DNA from: Balanoglossus misakiensis | Taxonomy: Eukaryota; Animalia; Hemichordata | Direction: 5' to 3' | Assembly (NCBI GenBank): GCA_040954595.2 | Contig: CM082576.2 | Span: forward strand, 17,655,028-17,719,027 | DNA length: 64,000 nucleotides | Shown here: piece after piece, positions 12,861 through 24,800 of the stretch | How positions within the stretch are numbered: the stretch's first letter is position 1 | Layout of the letters: every line of letters starts with the position of its first letter | Program-made: the position numbers and the translations under genes | Notes under the pieces: generated by a model | Database searches by the model: none | The model's input: the letters and a program-made list of their open reading frames with translations, nothing else | Told to the model about the DNA's origin: nothing

Positions 12861-14209
12861 ACGTGTTTGTTGAGGTTTGATAAAATCGACCTTCGAGAGA
12901 AACTAAATCATCTACTTAGAGGTTATAAACGGCTAGCGAGAGTATTTGGTTGCGGATGTAAGACCTCTCAGGTGAAAATTAGCATATTTGGGTGAAATAA
13001 TCACCTCGCTTCGCTCAGGTGATTATTTCCCGCCAAATATGCTTTCGCTCTGGTGATTATTTCCCGCCAAATATGCTAATTTTCACCTGATATGTCTTAT
13101 TTCTGTACCAAATACCCGAGCGCACCGTTTATAACCTCTAATTATAAGATTTTATTTTCCGAACAGGGGACGGTAGTGGCGTGAATGTCTTTGTTTTTGA
13201 TAGTGGTATACGTTTTACTCACAACGAGTTTGGTGGGAAAGCAGTTCGATATTCCGATTCCGTCGGGGATGGAAGAAATGTAAGTTTGTTTAATACTGTG
13301 ACTTTGTCCCTTTAACGTGTTTGTTGAGGTTTGATAAAATCGACCTTCGAGAGAAACTAAATCATCTACTTAGAGGTTATAAACGGCTAGCGAGAGTATT
13401 TGGTTGCGGATGTAAGACCTCTCAGGTGAAAATTAGCATATTTGGGTGAAATAATCACCTCGCTTCGCTCAGGTGATTATTTCCCGCCAAATATGCTTTC
13501 GCTCTGGTGATTATTTCCCGCCAAATATGCTAATTTTCACCTGATATGTCTTATTTCTGTACCAAATACCCGAGCGCACCGTTTATAACCTCTAATTATA
13601 AGATTTTATTTTCCGAACAGGGGACGGTAGTGGCGTGAATGTCTTTGTTTTTGATAGTGGTATACGTTTTACTCACAACGAGTTTGGTGGGAAAGCAGTT
13701 CGATATTCCGATTCCGTCGGGGATGGAAGAAATGTAAGTTTGTTTAATACTGTGACTTTGTCCCTTTAACGTGTTTGTTGAGGTTTGATAAAATTGACCT
13801 TCGAGAGAAACTAAATCATCTACTTAGAGGTTATAAACGGCTAGCGAGAGTATTTGGTTGCGGATGTAAGACCTCTCAGGTGAAAATTAGCATATTTGGG
13901 TGAAATAATCACCTCGCTTCGCTCAGGTGATTATTTCCCGCCAAATATGCTTTCGCTCTGGTGATTATTTCCCGCCAAATATGCTAATTTTCACCTGATA
14001 TGTCTTATTTCCGTACCAAATACCCGAGCGCACCGTTTATAACCTCTAATTATAAGATTTTATTTTCCGAACAGGGGACGGTAGTGGCGTGAATGTCTTT
14101 GTTTTTGATAGTGGTATACGTTTTACTCACAACGAGTTTGGTGGGAAAGCAGTTCGATATTCCGATTCCGTCGGGGATGGAAGAAATGTAAGTTTGTTTA
14201 ATACTGTGA
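12846..14209 (+). repeat. Tandem triplication of a 454-bp unit containing a palindromic MITE and the S8 catalytic-Asp exon
   Basis: Units start at 12846, 13300 and 13754 and are nearly identical. Each holds the inverted repeat TAGAGGTTATAAACGG...CCGTTTATAACCTCTA and a 113-nt exon (13167-13279, 13621-13733, 14075-14187). Confidence 0.95.
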
Positions 14210-15315
14210 ACCAATGCAGATGTCTTATATTCTACCTAAAATGAGAACAGGAATTACCATATTATCAAACAATCACAACATTTACAAAAAACAAACAAAC
14301 AAAAAACGAACAAAAAACAAGCAACCTTCAGAGCAGTCGTCAGTGTAGTTGAACATGTGTAGCTTATGAACAATTATCAGATTTTAGCATAATCAACAGT
14401 ATGTATTTGTCCATGTATTGCGACCCTGTGTCAAACAACCGAAAAACTCACGACGCAATACAATGAATTCAGTTTAAGTTGCACAGTATTATTTGCAATA
14501 AGAATGTATTACTTTATAAGCAAAAAAAATCTAACCTAATGTCAACATATATTTTTCTATTACTTTATCCTGTTTCATTTCAATTGAGACTGGCAGCAGT
14601 TGATGCAATCACGCACTCTGTTTCCTACCATCTGGAGTGGCCATATGGTCACCTGTCGTAATGTTTGCCATTTTGAGTGATCCTTATTATATAGGGCGAC
14701 GACTGTAACGGGCATGGTACTCACGTTGCTGGTACAATTGGAGGAAACACTGTTGGCGTTGCACCTGGTGTTACTTTACACTCAGTTCGAGTTTTGGATT
14801 GCGACAATGCTGGGTCAAGCTCTAATATTATTGCGGGTGAGGCCAGCTGATTACAGAAACCAATATCTTTACAAATGTTCTTGAATTTTTGTTGTTTTAA
14901 ATATAAAAGTTTACAATACTAAATTTTCATATTTCTTTTTGAAGAAGCTCCGAATATTCCATACTCATTCTTCTTTAAAGCTATGGATGACGTCACCGCT
15001 TCCAACATGTTACCTGCAGTGGTTTCTATGTCATTAAGCGGTGGACGTTCTTACTGTCATGGAATCTCCACGAATTAACAAGCACAATATACTGAATGGA
15101 CTTACTAGTTTGCATAACTATGCATTTCCCACAATCCACTGTAATCTGCTTGCCCTCTCCCTGATGAACACACACATAAGTGTTCAACCAAAGTTTAAGT
15201 TTCTTTTCCAGACTTATAAAGTGGAATGTAATTTCCCATTGTGTATATACGTTTTTATGTTTTTATGGTATTCTCGCCAAAAAATGAGAAGAAAAAACTA
15301 TCCCAGTCTGCTACA

Positions 15316-15333
15316 TGGTGCCGAAACCCGGGA
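15316..15333 (+). promoter_or_regulatory. Primer binding site complementary to the tRNA-Phe 3' end
   Basis: TGGTGCCGAAACCCGGGA directly after the 5' LTR; reverse complement of the tRNA-Phe end UCCCGGGUUUCGGCACCA. Confidence 0.85.
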
Positions 15334-15601
15334 ATGAACACTTGGATCTTCAGATGTGGACCGAAGACTTGGACTGATGGACGAACTGAAGACTTGGACG
15401 TACTGGAGACTTGGACTGAAGACTTGGACTGAAGACTGAACAAGCTGACCAGAAGTAGGACAGAAGCCTGAGGAGCCTGACTGAACTGATGAAGATTTCC
15501 GACTTCAACTGGCGATCTCAGAGCTCTACTACGTGGTGAGTCACAGAACATTGCTGAACTTTCTTCATGAAATCTGCGTTCGAAGTTGATAAACCTTCAA
15601 A

Positions 15602-17041
15602 ATGTCGCTGTCCCATTTGAAAGGTGTGAGGACGAGATATATGAACCTGTTAGAAAAGGAAGTTGCCAAAGCAGACCCTCTCCTAAGACGGAAAATTGAA
15701 CCAGAGGATTTAGGCAATTATATTTGGAACATTAACTCGTTGAAATCTAAACTGGAGGATTACTCAGAAAAACTGGAACGTGTCAACGAAAAAATATCTC
15801 TAGCATGTGAACAGATAGCCGACAAAGAAGTATTGGAAAAATTGGAACGTGACTGGCAGAAATCTGCGAACCTTCTTTCAACTGTAGAAGATTGCATTTA
15901 CGAATTAACTGCCACCGAGAAACAATGCCAATATGAAAGGACTGTGGAGAAAAGCAGCCTGGAAAAACGGATCGAAAAACTAGTGGAATGTCAAATCCAA
16001 ATGCAACTCCAGACCAAGGAACTATTACAGGCCCAACTCAATCCACATCCTGATCAAGGTTCATCGAATGAAACTCGAGGCATTGCTGTGAAACTACCGA
16101 AACTAGACTTGATGTGCTTTGTCGGGGATGTTCTGAACTGGAAGGAATTCTGGGATGGCTTCGAGTCAACAATTCACAAAAACTCTAAACTGTCTACTAT
16201 AGAGAAGTTCAACTACCTGAAAGGCCAACTGAAAGGTGAAGCATTAGAAGCTATCTCTGGTATTACCCTTACAAATGAAAACTATGCTACTGCTGTCGAG
16301 TTACTTAAAGACAGATTTGGTGACCAGCAAACTGTTATCAACGCCCATTACAACTTGATTGTGAATCTGCCAGCTACACCCAACCAAACCAGTAAGTTAA
16401 GAACTCTGTATGACACTATTGAGAAACACTTGCGATGCCTAGAGGCTATTGGCCAGGATGTCAATCAAGATATCTTTATCTCTTTGATAACATCTAAACT
16501 TCCCAAAGACGTGCTATTTCAGCTGGAAATGCAGAAGGGCAGAACTGACAGGTGGACGGTCCAGAAACTTAGGCATCTTCTTGGCGCTTATGATGGAGCT
16601 GCGGAATCTGCAGAACAGCAAACTTCACCACAATCTTCATCCTCCCATGACAGATGGAACTCCAAGAACCCACCAAAGGTATCTATGAAATTATCCCAAA
16701 GGTCATCTGCAGAAGCTCTGATTGTTGTGGAAAAAAGTAACTCTGGCGACACTGTTGAAAAGGTAAAGCCCAGAAGAATGTGTATATACTGTAACCAGCC
16801 TCACTGGAGTGATCAATGCCAGAATTATGCTACAATTGAAGCTAGAAAGGAAAATATAAAAGGTAACTGTTATATTTGTCTAAAGAAAGGACATTTGCTG
16901 AAAGACTGTCGTGTGGATAAACCTTGCTTCTTCTGTCGTCAAAGAAAGAATCACCACAGTAGTCTATGCCAGAAGAAATTCCTGATGATCGGAAAGGAAA
17001 CGTCTATGCTGACCCAGCAAATTTCAACTACTGCTACTTAA
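15602..17041 (+). CDS. gag: BEL/Pao Gag (DUF1759-like + three Cys-His knuckles)
   Basis: LPKLDL...F.GD...W.EFWD.F motif; CIYCNQPHWSDQC, CYICLKKGHLLKDC, CFFCRQRKNHHSSLC. Ends at a stop where BEL elements usually continue into pol. Confidence 0.9.
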   Translation: MSLSHLKGVRTRYMNLLEKEVAKADPLLRRKIEPEDLGNYIWNINSLKSKLEDYSEKLERVNEKISLACEQIADKEVLEKLERDWQKSANLLSTVEDCIYELTATEKQCQYERTVEKSSLEKRIEKLVECQIQMQLQTKELLQAQLNPHPDQGSSNETRGIAVKLPKLDLMCFVGDVLNWKEFWDGFESTIHKNSKLSTIEKFNYLKGQLKGEALEAISGITLTNENYATAVELLKDRFGDQQTVINAHYNLIVNLPATPNQTSKLRTLYDTIEKHLRCLEAIGQDVNQDIFISLITSKLPKDVLFQLEMQKGRTDRWTVQKLRHLLGAYDGAAESAEQQTSPQSSSSHDRWNSKNPPKVSMKLSQRSSAEALIVVEKSNSGDTVEKVKPRRMCIYCNQPHWSDQCQNYATIEARKENIKGNCYICLKKGHLLKDCRVDKPCFFCRQRKNHHSSLCQKKFLMIGKETSMLTQQISTTAT

Positions 17042-20000
17042 GCCAACACTGAAAAGGTATTAATTGCATCGTGGGAAATGGTTCTGATGCAAACCGCCAC
17101 AACTGAAGTGCAAAACCCAACTACTACTTCAAGGGACACTATTCGTATTCTACTGGACTCTGGCAGTCACCGATCCTACATAACTGAAAATCTGGCCAAG
17201 AAACTCAAATTGAAGATTGGCAAGACTGAAGAAATTCCTCTCATCACCTTTGGAACTGAGAAAACTAAGGTAATCAGAGCACCAGTCACAACACTCAACG
17301 TTTGCCTCAAAGATGGCACTACCATGACTGTCACTGCAAATGTAGTACTGAAAATTACTGGAGCTATTCAGAGAATGCCAGTAGATCCAGACATTAGTCA
17401 ACATTGGAAATACTGTGGAAAAATGTTCCATTAGCTGACTCTCTTCCCACCGAGATAGAAACCTCAACTATTGAAGTGCTGATAGGAAATGACTACTACT
17501 TGGATATAATACTGCCACAGAAAATTCAAGTTCACCCTGGACTCTATCTCTTGGGGTCTAAACTTGGTTGGCTACTAACTGGTCGGACAAATGGAAACCC
17601 TGAACGAGGTGCTGAACCAAGCATGCTGATATTAACTCTTGGCACTCAGGTGAGCTCGGGATCAACAGCTTTCACAGATCCAGATCCGTCACTACCAATA
17701 AAGCCACAACTTGATGACTTCTGGAACTTGGAAGCAATCGGCATCAAAGATAGCTTTGAAGAATCCAACGACGACAGGGCTCTCCATGACTTCAATCAAA
17801 CTGTAAAGTTAGAAAGTGGAAGATACCTGATACGATGGCCCTTGAAGGAAGAATAATCTGAACTCCCTGAAAACCGTGAACTTGCGTATGGTCGTTTCAA
17901 ATCGTTGGTCCATCGACTCTCAAAGAACCCAAAATTACTCCATGGATACGATGCCATAATCAAGGATCAAGCTAAGAAGCAAGTAATTGGGAAAGTGACT
18001 GACAACTCTGAGGAGGGACCAATCAAGCATTATATACCTCACCATGCTGTCATCAATCCCAATAAGCCAACAACTAAAGTTCGAATTGTTTACGATTCTT
18101 CTGCAAAGGCAAAGAAAGAAAACAAAACTCTGAACGAATGTCTCTACCGTGGACCTGTTATGCTCCAAGACTTGTGTGGCTTACTTCTGCGTTTCAGACT
18201 TCACTGCGTTGGCATGGTAGATGATATTGAAAAGGCCTTCCTTCAAGTTGGATTGCAGACTCCAGATAGAGATGTCACTCGATTTTTCTGGCTGAAAGAT
18301 CATACAACTCCGGAAGTTGAAGAAAACGTCCAAATCTACCGATTTTGCAGAGTTCCCTTTGGCGTCATCTCCAGCCCTTTCCTCCTGGCAGCCACTATTG
18401 ATCATCATCTAAAGAAAGATGGCAGTCTCGTGGCAAGAAATATACAAGAAAACATCTACGTGGACAATCTCATCACTGGAACGAATTCTGTTGAACAAGC
18501 CTACAACTTCTCCACTAAAGCCAAGCAAGTCTTTGAAGACACATCGATGAACCTTCGAGATTGGTCATCCAATTCACAGTCTTTGATGGATGGGATTCCT
18601 GACTTTGACAAAGCCAAAGCTGAAACAATGAAAGTACTTGGAACGTGGTGTAATTTGACGGAAGACGTGCTCAAGATTCCTGGTCCTGATGCAAGTAAAC
18701 TGTCCTCAGCCTCCACTAAGAGAGAAGTTCTTCAGGTCATCTCATCTATCTTTGATCCGGTGGGTTACTTTACTCCGATCACTCTGAAGGCCAAGCTACT
18801 CGTACAAGAACTATGGAGTGAGCAGCTGAACTGGGATGACGAAATAACTGATACAGCCAATGGTGCAAAATTGCTGAAGACCTCCGACTCATACCGTCTT
18901 TTCAGATTCCAAGATACATAGGAACTTATACAAGTACAGAACACGCCGAATATCAACTACTCTGCTTCTGTGATGATTCAACTCGAGCTTATGCAACTGT
19001 GGTCTAGCTACACATGCAAACTGAAGAAACGAAGCAAGTCAACATGATTTTCTCCAAAACTCGACTAGCTCCACAAAAGGGAATGACTGTACCTCGCCTT
19101 GAACTGTTTGGTGTCCTTATAGGAGTCCGTTGTCTCAAGTTCATCCAATGAGAACTCAGACTATCGATCAAGAGCATCTTGCTGTGGACTGACTCTCAAT
19201 GTGTGCTACAGTGGATAGCAAGCAGGAAACCATTACCTGTATTCATCGAAAATCGACTGAAGGAAAGCAAGTCCCTGAGAAATCTCCAATTCCGATTCAT
19301 CACTTCAAGTGAAAACCCTGCTGATATAGCCACTAGGGGATCATCTATCAACGAACTTCAACGAACGCGAAGCTGGTGGCATGGCCCAGAATGGCTGACT
19401 AATCAACAAGATACGTGGCCAACTTGGAATACTCCCGAAATCACTACAGACACCATAGAAGGCGAGAAAACAGATCCAGAGAAGATAACTTCAGTACTCT
19501 ATGAATCGGGACTTGTGTCGGGGAAGGCCCCTTCTGGGAGACACTTGACGGAACAGAAGTGGAAGTCCTCCCTGTAAAAAGACGACGAAAACTTCTCAAC
19601 TTTGAGCAAACTTGTGAGGGTTACAGCATGGGTCTTGAGATTCATCAAGTTACTCCGAAAACAGAAATATTTCGGCCCCTTTATAGCAAATGAAATGAAG
19701 GAAGCCAGACTACTTTGGGAACGTGACGTCCAGAGAAGAGGCAACTCGATGACCAAAGGCTACTGCGCTGTCATGGGAGACTTCAGAATGCAGAACTGAC
19801 AGAAGCAGCCAGAAGTCCGAAACTACTGCCTAAGAAAGACAACTTCACCACCCTCCTGATCAAGGACTATCTACATGCAGGAACATCGCAGATGTTAGCA
19901 TGTATCCGCCAAGAATACTGGATTCCTCAGGGGCGCTCAGAGGTCAGAAGAGTCCTCCCTAACTGCAGAACATGCCGTCCCCATGGTGGTGGACCATTCA

Positions 20001-21139
20001 AGATGCCAGACATGCCGCCATTACCGAAAAGTAGAGTGACCGAATCACCACCCTTCTCCTACACAGGATTGGACTACTTTGGACTACTGTATGTCAAAGA
20101 TGCCTGTGGTGTAAAAAAGGTCTGGGTATGTCTCTTCACCTGCTTGGCTGTGCGAACAATTCATCTGGAACTGATAATGGATATGTCAGCAGAACAATTT
20201 CTACTGTGTCTACGTAGATTTATGGCGCGACGTGGAACCCCAGAACAAAACATTTCGGACAATGCCTCTCAATTTAAACTGGCGAAAACTACCTTGGACA
20301 GACTATGGAAGAATGCCATCATGGATGCAGAAGTTAGAAACTATGTAACTAATCAAGGTATCAAGTGGAAATTCATCATAGAGCTGGCTCCATGGATGGG
20401 TGGATTCTACGAGAGATTGGTAGGGTCAGTAAAGAAGTGCCTACGGAAAGCTATAGGAAAACTGTGTCTGACATGTGACCAGCTGCACACACTACTAGTC
20501 GAAACAGAGGCGGTGTTCAACTCTCGCCCATTGGTATATGTAGACGACGACATCAATTCATCGGTGACCCTGACTCCAGCAATGTTCCTGACACTCAATC
20601 CGAAGACTGGAATCCCTGATGACGGAACTGATGACGAAGACAAAGATCCCGACTATAAACCAAGACTGTCATCAGCTGAGAAACTCGTCCAATCATGGAA
20701 GAAGGGACAAAGACATCTCAACACATTCTGGAGTTTATGGAGAGATAACTATCTTCTAAATCTTAGAGAACGGACCCAGAACCGTCTACGTTCATCTCGA
20801 ATCCAGGCATCTAGTCAACCGAAGATTGGTGACGTGGTCATTGTAAAGGAAAACCTGCCCCGTTCATCATGGAACTTGGGGAAAATACATGAAGTGATCC
20901 AGAGTGAAGACGGGGCTCATCGAGCAGCGAAAGTCCTATCATCGAAGAAGTTCATCAACCGACCACTGAAACTGCTATTCCCAATTGAGTGCCCAGAGGA
21001 GACGAAACAAGATCAACAACCTTTACAGAAGGGGGAAGTCCCACCAACCAAACTAAAACTACAACCCCCTCCACAGCGAACAATGAGAAGAGCGATGAAC
21101 CAAGCCAGGAAGAGACTTCTACAACAACTTGGACATTGA
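17042..21139 (+). pseudogene. pol: BEL/Pao pol (aspartic protease, RT, RNase H, integrase), fragmented by stops and frameshifts
   Basis: LLDSGS; DIEKAFLQV...PFG...YVDN; WTDSQ...NPADIATRG; GLDYFG...SDNA...PWMGGFYERL (19892-21139). Confidence 0.92.
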
Positions 21140-21823
21140 CTGATATATATATATATTTTGTTTGTGATTTCGAACTTTTACTTGTCTGGGGAGTGTCGTG
21201 GAATCTCCACGAATTAACAAACACAATATACTGAATGGACTTACTAATTTGCATAACTATGCATTTCCCACAAGTTTAAGTTTCTTTTCCAGACTTATAC
21301 AGTGGAATGTAATTTCCCATTGTATATATACGTTATTATGTTTTTATGGTATTCTCGCCAATAAATGAGAAGAAAAAACTATCCCAGTCTGCTACACTTA
21401 CAGTAAGAATTGGGCAGTTCGACGTTTGACCAATGCTGGATATATCTTGGTTGTTGGAGCCGGAAACGATCAAATCGACGCATATTTCTCATCACCTGCA
21501 TCAGCTCCTGAGGTATGATATTTGAAGAGTGATAAAAGCAAGAGTGCATACATAACATGTCTATGCCACGTGCGTACCCTGTACCACAAGCATGCATACA
21601 TCTAGCATCCTAACTGTGAAAGTTGAAACCATCTAAGGGCCAAATGCTATGTGTGAACCTTTTGTATACGTTCACTTATTGTGCAATAAAACGTCAGAAA
21701 TGATCTCTTTAGCTGCATGAAAAGTGGTGAATTTTTTATATCTAGATGAAATGAAATGTGTATGTGAGATACACTAATAAATTATTTAGTTTGAAATGTG
21801 GTCAATTACGTCACTTTAAATCA

Positions 21824-21824
21824 C

Positions 21825-21864
<40 letters not shown>
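21824..21864. repeat. (CAT)n microsatellite
   Basis: Run of CAT triplets just upstream of the 21886 acceptor. Confidence 0.9.
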
Positions 21865-21865
<1 letters not shown>

Positions 21866-24800
21866 ACCACGGTCATGTCTTACAGGCAATTACAGTGGGA
21901 GCAACGGAATCCGATGATGACTTCGCCGGGTATTCAAATTTTGGTGAATGCCTCAACATTCTTGGCCCAGGGACCAGCATCAGAAGTGCTAGCAACGCTG
22001 GTGATGGCAGCTATACACTAAAGAGTGGAACCTCGATGGCCACGCCCCACGTTTCTGGTAAGCGTGTTTTAATGTGTCATGTTGTAAAGAAATTGTAAAG
22101 AATCTGATCCTGTAAAAACATTTTCAATTTAAATTGAAGTAAATTGTTCGTACCTATTGATGCCCAGTACGTACCAGAAATTACAAAGTTGTGGATAAAG
22201 CTTGTGAATCTGTCATGCTAAACAATTGGTGCCGTCAAAACATCATGCAATGTTACATGGTAAAGTTGGATACTATTCTTTCTTTTCATTACCCTGACTG
22301 CGGTATTAATATTACACTGGATGCGTCTGTGCTACACATTCCATTTTGTTTGTTTTTAAATTGTGGTAACGGTGATTTCTAAGCATGTTGAAATCATGAC
22401 CACTAAAAATACATTGTACCAGATCATGTCATTTGTGAAGTCGACAGTTTAATATAAGAATGTTAAGGATGGGGAAAATAAATTTCTTGTTCTAGACACA
22501 CCATCTGACAGTACAAATCTCGCCTATTAAAGCGTGAGTGTTAAGGTGACATTTTTTCTCCATATTTTCTATCAAGGCGTTGTAGCCCTGCTACTTGAAC
22601 GAGACAACACGCTTACACGAAACGAGGTACTAGATGAGTTGTTGAACGCTGCGGCGTCCAACAAAATCGATCTATCTGGCGTGCCCGAACCCTACCGTGG
22701 ACAAACACCGAACAAACTATTGCAGGTTCCGAAAGTGAGTTATATCATGCAGCAGGGTGAAATTTCCGCATCCAACGCAGCATATGATCCGTTCTGTCTG
22801 GTCATTGAAAATATAAGAAAGGAGAACATTTGCTTGCCTTTTACAGCCCATGCCTCTAACGGGAATGATATATACATGTACCTGATGGAAAGAAAAGGGA
22901 TAGAGGCAGGCAAACAGAATGACAGAGACGTATTGAACCCTGGAGAAAACATGGTGATGACAAGACATATCAAATTTTGCAATTTTGTTTCAACCACACA
23001 ATTACAAGCCAAAATATATTAATAGAGTACTGTAAAAATACGGGCATTTACGACGCTAAAAAGTGATTACACTATTATAATGTTTAATTGGTTGTCTAAA
23101 ATAGGTAGTCAATTTGAATGCGACTAACACATGCCTCTTAGAAAGTGAAGATGGGGCGATAACGCATAGCCACATAGAAACAGTGAAGACTTGAATTATG
23201 TTTTAAGTGTTATTAATTACTCATTTCCGTATGTAGTAACAGAGGCAATATATTGCCGTTTGTCTACTAAAGCAGTTGTTGTGTCAGTTTAATCAATAGC
23301 GTCTAATTTATTTTCACCATATTTGGGTGATGCTTCCACTTAACTAGGATGAACGCTCAACACTCTGATATGGGTTGGGTGAATATTATTTCCAAAGAAT
23401 ATATAACAAATTATAGACCCACAATCATAAAGTACACCATAGAACTATTCCCATATTGTTCTCTCCAAGCACAACAGTCGTTAAAACAAACTGCTAGTTT
23501 TTAATTCTGTAACTGATGATTGATAAAATTATTTGTTTTCCAGAACCATTTCAACGTTCACTTCTCCTCAGAACCGACCTTCGCGGTTCCAACATTGCTA
23601 CAGTTTCAAATGTGGAGAAACCAGAAGACTGTTGTGCCCACTGCCAAGCAAATTCTCAATGTACCGTTTGGACCTGGAGCGCCACAACCGTTAACTGGTA
23701 TTTGAGAAGCAGCGTCACGGAAGTTGCTGACGTCAAGGGGAATGTGGCTGGAATTGCGCCCAGAAGTAAGAAGCTATCCCGTTTTACATGTAACCTTCAA
23801 ATAGCGCCAACGTGGTCACAACCACTGTGTTGTCAGGCACGTGGGGTCGATAACAGAGTCAGTTTTATGGAAAACGATTTAAACCGCCATTACAAAATGG
23901 CGGACAAGCGAACAACAGTGAGAGAGGGAGAGCACGGCACTGGCAAAGCATTGTGGGTAGGGAGGACACACAGCAAAACAGTATACACATTGATAACCGA
24001 CCGCAATACTGGAATACAGAGTGAGGTGTAATAATCTGAAATATAATTACTGCTATCTGAGACAGAGCTTGGAGACTTTAAAGAATATCTGGTGGAATAT
24101 TTCTGGGATAGTTCAAAAAGTACGTTTGCTTTCCTTAGAGACCTAACTTTGATATTACCTATCAGGTTCATTGGTATCATTCTGCATGTGCGACAAGGGG
24201 TAAGATATATGACCTATGACATTAAGTTCTCGGCTTCCTGATTGGTGGATACAGTTGTTAAGTTGGTCTTTCTTCGTTTAATCTAAAAATTAATAATACT
24301 TTTTTTTTTGTTTATCCAGAATAATTGACCAAGGGAAACGTGAGAAGACCATTCCTTCGTCACCGTTGTGAACGGTTTTCATTGGTCGTGGTTTTCGTTG
24401 ATCATGCCGAAGCGCATGTTCTCTGGAAGAATAAAACGAATGAAATATCTATGTAAGCATATAATTGGTCTAAATTTTCATTCATGAAAGGTAAAGTATG
24501 TGAAGCAGGCAAGGTTAGTCGGGTGACCCCTTCACTTTACAAGTATTCGGATTTTTCTCCTTTTTCACACATTGATGGCTTGCCTATTTGCATTAGCTAA
24601 ACCACCAGTTTTATTTTTACATTTAATTAGGTTTTGAGCACCAGCAAAAGTTGTTGATGAATGAAGTGAGTTTATAACAAAAGAAAACCAATTACAAAAT
24701 AAATGGAATGTCTGTTTGTATCCAGGCCGTTACTAAATGAAAACAGCGGCGGGAGGTAACTGTGACCTTGTTACAAAGTCCCCCGGCCACATTTGTACAT

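Larger units (their letters stand above)
15055..21396 (+). mobile_element. Full-length BEL/Pao LTR retrotransposon (degenerate)
   Basis: LTRs TG...CA at 15055-15315 and 21194-21396. 5-bp TSD CTTAC (15050-15054, 21397-21401). PBS TGGTGCCGAAACCCGGGA, PPT GGGGAG. gag-PR-RT-RH-IN order. Confidence 0.97.
13167..24324 (+). pseudogene. S8 protease paralog A (proteinase K/aqualysin-like) + C-terminal PAN/Apple domain; disrupted
   Basis: GT-AG exons: 13167-13279 (x3; VFVFDSG, catalytic D), 14695-14836 (GHGTHVAGT, catalytic H), 14981-15054 + 21402-21512 (split by BEL; AGN oxyanion), 21886-22057 (GTSMATPHV, catalytic S), 22577-22734, 23544-23765 (CCAHCQANSQCTVWTW...WYLR, Apple-like). Possible terminal exon at 24320. 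Signal/prodomain exons not found. Confidence 0.85.
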
